Virus record (IMG/VR): IMGVR_UViG_3300007759_000001
Length of the DNA stretch: 64,000 nt
From: an uncultured virus (IMG/VR IMGVR_UViG_3300007759_000001)
Lineage: Duplodnaviria > Heunggongvirae > Uroviricota > Caudoviricetes
Direction: 5' to 3' (one strand)
A program made the translations under genes and the position numbers. Below, one piece after another: positions 59,282 through 64,000 of the stretch; position 1 is the first letter of the stretch; each line of letters begins with the position of its first letter. The notes below the pieces were generated by a model, which had not been told where the DNA came from, made no database searches, and was given only the letters and a program-made list of their open reading frames with translations.

Positions 59282-59497
59282 ATGGCAACGAAGCAGAACA
59301 CCGACGCAGTCGCAGCGATGTTCGCAACCCTCGCCACGCTTGGAGGCAATCACGCCTACCGGGCAGCGAAAGCGACCTACCGTCGCACTTGGGGAGCGGA
59401 GCGGGCACGCAAGGCGCAAGTACGGGCCGTGGAAGCGGAACGGGCGAGGCGCTACGCAGCGCTTGGCATCACGCCACGCGACATCTTCACTGACTGA
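59282..59497 (+). CDS. Ala/Arg-rich leaderless microprotein
   Basis: ATG about 7 nt after TGCTATAAT. Confidence 0.65.
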   Translation: MATKQNTDAVAAMFATLATLGGNHAYRAAKATYRRTWGAERARKAQVRAVEAERARRYAALGITPRDIFTD

Positions 59498-59645
59498 GAA
59501 TCGGCCCTGACCGGGGGTGGCAACAGAACCGGTCGAAACACCTTCCAGTCATGTAGAGGAGTGGGCAACGCCAGTATGGGTTGTAGGAGTTCGATTCTCC
59601 GCTGGAGGACTTGACAGTGTCGCACCTATGTGCTATACTATTACT

Positions 59646-59930
59646 AACAGATCGAAGCCCTGCCAATAGGCAGGCGAATCGGAGGGGGACATAGCCTGAG
59701 TCGCGCTCAAGGCGAGTCCGTGACAGGATGGTATCTGTCACTCAGTCACCACGGCTGAGTAAAGCGGCTCTCCCCCAATGTCTAAGTGCTGGCGAATACC
59801 ACGCCAGCCGAGAACCGGCCAGCAACCCTGAAATGGCGTTGTTGCGAAGAACCGGCGCATTCGCGGAAGCGGTGATCCAGAGATGGACGCCGACTAGCCC
59901 CCGAGCCAGATCCCCCGAAAGGGGGTTTCT
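59646..59930 (+). ncRNA. Candidate ~270-nt multi-stem ncRNA
   Basis: Consensus promoter at 59611; stems CCTGCC/GGCAGG, GTGACAG/CTGTCAC, ACTCAGTC/GGCTGAGT, GCTGGCG/CGCCAGC, CAGCAAC/GTTGTTG; terminator CCCCC-GAAA-GGGGG. Confidence 0.65.
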
Positions 59931-60019
59931 GCGCGTCTAGCCCCGCTTTTTGTTGCGACTTCCGGGGCGGACTGAGGGGGGACGCGAAAGAGGGGAGCCT
60001 TTCGGCTCCCCCCGTTTCT

Positions 60020-60145
60020 TTAGACTCTTGGGTCCGTAGACCAGTGGTAATCTTCGGCCAGTATGGCATCGCATCTATGGCAACCGCCGTCGCATTCGCA
60101 CCCTTCTTCCATGTAGGGCGCTTCTAGCCAAGCGTCGTAGTCCAT
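60020..60145 (-). CDS. Acidic Cys microprotein (41 aa)
   Basis: AGGAGA RBS; MDYDAWLEAPY... Confidence 0.65.
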   Translation of the reverse strand: MDYDAWLEAPYMEEGCECDGGCHRCDAILAEDYHWSTDPRV

Positions 60146-60318
60146 CGTGTCTCCTAAGTTGTAGTTGTCGTGGCCGGTAGCCACTGAGAATAAGTATAGC
60201 ACATGGGTATGACACTGTCAAACCGGCCCCCGACTTGACACTGTCACACTGGTATGCTATACTTGTTTCTAGTGGGAGCAACTGCTACCCACGTTGACAA
60301 CTAAATAGGAGACAGAGG

Positions 60319-60534
60319 ATGCACATCCCAATGTGTACCATCCAGCACCCCACCACAAGCGGTGCCCGTCTGATCACCCTCTGGGTGAACGGCGACGCAG
60401 CGATCCTGTGGGGCGACACGGAGTACCGTTACGAGAATCTCAACGCTTTCGCAGCGATGGCGACTTTCACGGTCACGAAGTCGATGGGCCAACTGGCTAA
60501 CTACATCAAGCGCAACAGCGACTTGGTGGGCTGA
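60319..60534 (+). CDS. Early microprotein (71 aa)
   Basis: Leader motif, RBS, terminator. Confidence 0.7.
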   Translation: MHIPMCTIQHPTTSGARLITLWVNGDAAILWGDTEYRYENLNAFAAMATFTVTKSMGQLANYIKRNSDLVG

Positions 60535-60664
60535 GCGAAAGGGGAGGGGCGAAAGCCTCTCCCCTTCGTCGCGTCTAGAGCCAAGTCAATCAGCCCCGCC
60601 CCCCCAACTGCCTGCGGGGCGCACCCGGACGCGGGAAAACCCCCCTTTCGGGGGGTTCACCGGC

Positions 60665-60784
60665 TTACTCCTCAGAGTAAGTCCCCGCGTAGGGCGACGG
60701 ATCGTCGTCCCAACGGCTGGGGTCCGGCCCGTACCACTCAGCCGCGAGGGCTTCGTAGTCCAGTTCGTCTCCTGCTGGATTCAT
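60665..60784 (-). CDS. Acidic microprotein (39 aa)
   Basis: MNPAGDELDYEALAAEWYGPDPSRWDDDPSPYAGTYSEE; AAGGAGGTGA RBS. Confidence 0.7.
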   Translation of the reverse strand: MNPAGDELDYEALAAEWYGPDPSRWDDDPSPYAGTYSEE

Positions 60785-60960
60785 GTCTCACCTCCTTGGG
60801 TGAATCAGTGGGGCACTTTCTGGCCCCTCCAACAACAATAAGTATAGCACATGGGTAGGACAGTGTCAAACTGGGCCGAGTTGACAGTGTCACACCAGTA
60901 TGCTAGACTCTCTCTTAGTGGCCGACCCGGTCACGTTGACAACTAAATAGGAGACACATC

Positions 60961-61251
60961 ATGGCTCGTAAGACCAATCCGTTCGGGCGCATCGTCCCAC
61001 AAGACGATCCCTACGCCACCTACGTCAATGACGCAGGATGGACTTGGTACGTCGTAAAGACCTACCAGCATCCGGACAACGAGGATGGCTACTCCCGGTG
61101 GTTCTGCTACGTCTCGTCCCCGCACACATTCGGTGGATTCGACTTGGGAGACGTTTACCGGAAGGACGTTCTAGAGAACGCCCGACTGCTGAACGGCACC
61201 GACGAGTGGATCGTGAACTACTCACGATTCGTTCACGGAGTTACAGTCTGA
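60961..61251 (+). CDS. DUF2958-like protein
   Basis: GWTWYV...WFCYV.....DLGDVY. Confidence 0.6.
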   Translation: MARKTNPFGRIVPQDDPYATYVNDAGWTWYVVKTYQHPDNEDGYSRWFCYVSSPHTFGGFDLGDVYRKDVLENARLLNGTDEWIVNYSRFVHGVTV

Positions 61252-61560
61252 GAAGGGGGAGGGCGAAAGCCCTCCCTTTTCCGCGTCCTGAATCAGTCCC
61301 GATCCCCGCTGCTGGCTGCGGGGCTAAACAAGACGCGAAAAAAGCGACGAGATCGAAAGGACGTATTCGCCTGTTGCTAGTTCCCTAATCGGGTCGAATG
61401 GCGCTGATACGCATTGTCTCATCGCTTTCTTCACAAGTAAGTATAGCATACCAGTGTGACATTGTCAAACTGGGCCGATTAGACGCTGTCACACCTATCT
61501 GCTATACTTGTATCTAGTGGATGGGACACCATCTGCGTTGACAACTAAATAGGAGACACC

Positions 61561-61875
61561 ATGCTGAACTACAGCAATGTGATCGGATTCGATCTGGGCT
61601 GCCACGTTGATGGCACTCACGGCTGGCGTGCGATTTCGCATCTGGTTCTGAACGTGTTGGACGACTACGCCACGGAATCGCAGAAGCGCATCATGCGTGC
61701 CTACGACCGTGGTTGGACGATTGCCAACATTCCAGACGTAGCGATGGAGATCGTGGACGAAGTGGAAGATGCTTTCCATGAGCATGTTTCATCGTTTGGA
61801 GTGACTTCGATGTGGATGGACGGAGAATGGTTCGTCGTCACGGAAGAAGATGCTCTGGCAGCGTCAGGCTGGTAG
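61561..61875 (+). CDS. Early hypothetical protein
   Basis: Leader motif, AGGAG RBS, terminator. Confidence 0.75.
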   Translation: MLNYSNVIGFDLGCHVDGTHGWRAISHLVLNVLDDYATESQKRIMRAYDRGWTIANIPDVAMEIVDEVEDAFHEHVSSFGVTSMWMDGEWFVVTEEDALAASGW

Positions 61876-62239
61876 GTCGAAGAAATAGGAGCGCCATCCG
61901 AAAGGGTGGCGCTTCTGCGCGTCTGGAGTCAAGTCGATCAGCCCCGACTCCCGCTCCAGTACCGGGGCTAAATGGCTGCCCCCCCGTGAAGGGGGGCGGT
62001 GGACTAACCGGTGAACCGGTCAGAACACACCAACCAAAGCGCCGCGCAAACGGTCACGATGGGCAGTAATGGTAGGAATACCATCGTTTCCTTTCTGTAT
62101 CCGCTCCTTGCGGAATAAAACTATTCTATTACACGGATGAGACATAGTCAAGTCAGGCCGATTTGACACTGTCACACTAGTCTGCTATACTTGTTCTAGT
62201 GGCCGAGGGGCCATTGACAACTACATAAAGGAGCATCCG

Positions 62240-62392
62240 ATGGCAAAGCGCCTACGGAATACCGCTCGCATTCAGTACGAGTGCGAGGGGAACTGCGACG
62301 GCAACATGATGGGACCATACCCGTGTGTTGTTTGTACGAAGTACGTCGATGGCGTACCGGTCGGGATGGAAATGTTCCCGGCTAGCAAGTAG
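62240..62392 (+). CDS. Cys microprotein (50 aa)
   Basis: AAGGAG RBS, leader motif, terminator. Confidence 0.65.
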   Translation: MAKRLRNTARIQYECEGNCDGNMMGPYPCVVCTKYVDGVPVGMEMFPASK

Positions 62393-62483
62393 GGAGAAGG
62401 AGGGCTTCGGCCCTCCTTTTTTCGCGCCCCGACACGCCCCGGCCCTCGCACCAACCGGCGGGGCTAAATAAGACCAGACGCGC

Positions 62484-62745
62484 AAAAACCCCCCGCTTCC
62501 GTGTCAGGACTTCTAGTTCGTTTCACGCTTTCGTGCGTGGGGTGGAGGAACTGCGTTGCGGACCCAGCGTTTGGCCTCAAACCCTACAATCGGGCTACTG
62601 TCTCCGTGGCGGACTTTCGTCCTTTCTGTCCCTGTCCCATCGACACTGGCGGTTCTGGTAAAGAACTAGCCTAGTTCCTGTGGAATCGGGGGGTTTCTGT
62701 GGTTTCTAGAAACCCTCGCGTTGGGGTTTTCTCTCCCCAACAACA
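62484..62745 (-). ncRNA. Candidate ~215-260-nt structured ncRNA
   Basis: Leftward promoter at 62748; closing stem AAACCCCCCGATTCC / GGAAGCGGGGGGTTT; GNRA hairpins GGAC-GAAA-GTCC and CACGC..GAAA..GCGTG. Confidence 0.6.
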
Positions 62746-62870
62746 ATAAGTATAGCATACTGGTGCGACATTGTCAAACCGGCCCCCGACTTGGTGACTG
62801 TCATACCGGGGTGCTAGACTTGTTCTCAGTGGCCGGAAGGGTCACGTTGACAACTGAATAGGAGACTGTC

Positions 62871-63077
62871 ATGGCGCACAAGCATGACATTGACGACACC
62901 AACGGCGACGTTATGGATCGGGTCTACTTCTGCGGCGATTACTGCCACCGGAGTTGGTGCCAGAACCAGAACGTGGACTACGCCGGTTGGGACGGCTGCC
63001 ACGAACTGGAGTTCGACACCCCCTGCGATTCGTGCGGGGATACGATCCCCGGCGTCGAAGGGCCGTATGTCTACTGA
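62871..63077 (+). CDS. Cys/acidic microprotein (68 aa)
   Basis: Leader motif, RBS, terminator. Confidence 0.7.
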   Translation: MAHKHDIDDTNGDVMDRVYFCGDYCHRSWCQNQNVDYAGWDGCHELEFDTPCDSCGDTIPGVEGPYVY

Positions 63078-63342
63078 GAACTGGGGGGCTTCGGCCCCCC
63101 CTTTTCCGCGTCCCGAATCAGCCCCGAACCCACGCACCAACAGCGGGGCTAAATAAGGCGGGACGCGCAAAGCAGTGACGTATCGCTGTGATACAGCAGG
63201 TCCGTTGACCCGATAAAGTAAGTATAGCACATGGGTGAGACAATGTCAAATCGGGCTGACTTGACAGTGTCACACCCGGCGTGTATACTTGTGGTTAGTG
63301 GATGGGACAAGCCATCCCTTGACAACAGAATAAGGAGACATC

Positions 63343-63582
63343 ATGACCCGCAAGGATTATGAAGCCTTCGCTACAATCGTAAAGGATCTCAACGAGTTCC
63401 GGTTCGATACGGCGATGGTACTGGTTGCCGCAAAGATGGCAGCCGTGTTCGCAGCCGATAACGAGCGCTTTGACGCTCTGCGGTGGTACAACGCCTGTGG
63501 CGTTGACGGCGAACTGGCCGTGCGACTTCTTCGGATTGAGGAAGGCCACGGCGCAACGGCTCACCACCCGGTGAGCCTGTAA
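63343..63582 (+). CDS. Conserved small phage protein
   Basis: MTRKDYE..A...FAADN.RFD..R...AC motif; RBS. Confidence 0.75.
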   Translation: MTRKDYEAFATIVKDLNEFRFDTAMVLVAAKMAAVFAADNERFDALRWYNACGVDGELAVRLLRIEEGHGATAHHPVSL

Positions 63583-63657
63583 GACGCAAGTCGGTGGGGG
63601 GCTACGGCCCCCCACTTGACAAGCAGGCACCGGTATGCTATACTAGTGCCAAGCACC

Positions 63658-63736
63658 GGGGGTGATCGGTGTAGACGGAAGTGAAAGCCGCATGTCGGAA
63701 CGCTTTCGGACCGGAGTTCGATTCTCCGCACCTCCA
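63658..63736 (+). ncRNA. Miniature tmRNA-like RNA (tRNA-like domain only)
   Basis: GGGGGTG/CACCTCC-A acceptor with G3:U70; unpaired D loop ATCGGTGTAGAC; helix GGAAGTG/CGCTTTC; GGAC linker; T arm CGGAG-TTCGATT-CTCCG; own promoter and terminator. Confidence 0.78.
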
Positions 63737-64000
63737 CGAAGTTGTCAACACGGCAATCGCCGGACAGAACCCCTGACCAATCGGTTGGGGGTTTTGTCGC
63801 GTACCCGTTTAGCCCCGGCCTCCCGAGGCGGGGAAGCCCCGAAAAATAACTAAAAAAAACGGGACGGTCCGAGTTGGTTCTAAAAAAACGGGACGGTCGG
63901 GGGTTTGGGTCGGATCGGGTGTGGTTGCGGTGTCTATGTAATAAGAAGGCAAATGCGGTGATCGAACACATGTTCTATGTCACACCGGTAGGGATGGTCT

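Larger units (their letters stand above)
54450..63645. promoter_or_regulatory. Family of repeated early promoters, mostly back-to-back pairs
   Basis: AAGTATAGCA-N-TGTCAA-N~12-TTGACA-N17-(TGC)TATACT at ~54450, 55325, 56102, 59207, 60192, 60840, 61439, 62120, 62748, 63220; singles at ~56387, 56749, 59611, 63616. Confidence 0.9.

Noticed and set aside
54450..63300. Integron or IS/MITE interpretation of the repeated modules
   Set aside because: No integrase or transposase, no attC R-box pattern or target-site duplications seen; the repeats are promoter and terminator elements
63658..63736. attP fragment of ssrA or ordinary tRNA-Ala
   Set aside because: Both 5' and 3' tmRNA-like ends are present and paired, no integrase is in the window, and there is no D stem or 7-nt anticodon loop

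Overview
A 64-kb segment of a large tailed dsDNA phage, probably infecting an Actinomycetota host (two WhiB genes, actinobacterial-type LexA boxes). No host housekeeping genes are present. Left (0.2-21 kb, minus strand): head-morphogenesis operon with a portal-MuF fusion, an HK97-type prohead protease, a PepSY-like protein and two giant (2846 aa and 2088 aa) probable virion proteins carrying GNAT-like, PI3/4K-HipA-like kinase and HExxH domains. Middle (21-41 kb): terminase, Rad52-like SSAP, RecB/Cas4-like nuclease, glycosyltransferase, ParB-like proteins, SSB, an IbrA/IbrB-like pair, SNF2 helicase, DUF932, primase-helicase, tRNA-Lys, a transglycosylase-like protein and a DNA methyltransferase. 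The main finding is at 41.7-45.4 kb. A stand-alone RAMP/Cas7-like gene and a coupled partner gene are flanked by two non-coding arrays of GG(Y)NN pentamers punctuated by GGCA/CGCA tetramers, with a shared leader and 3' hairpin and no CRISPR repeats or cas1/2. This looks like a non-CRISPR RNA-guided system (VIPR-like). Right (47-64 kb): early/host-takeover region of strong sigma70-type promoters, many back-to-back, built from repeated modules. It encodes a phosphatase, a deacetylase, a Fic protein, many microproteins and several structured ncRNAs, including a 79-nt tmRNA-like RNA reduced to its tRNA-like domain. All calls are by eye; no database searches were run.
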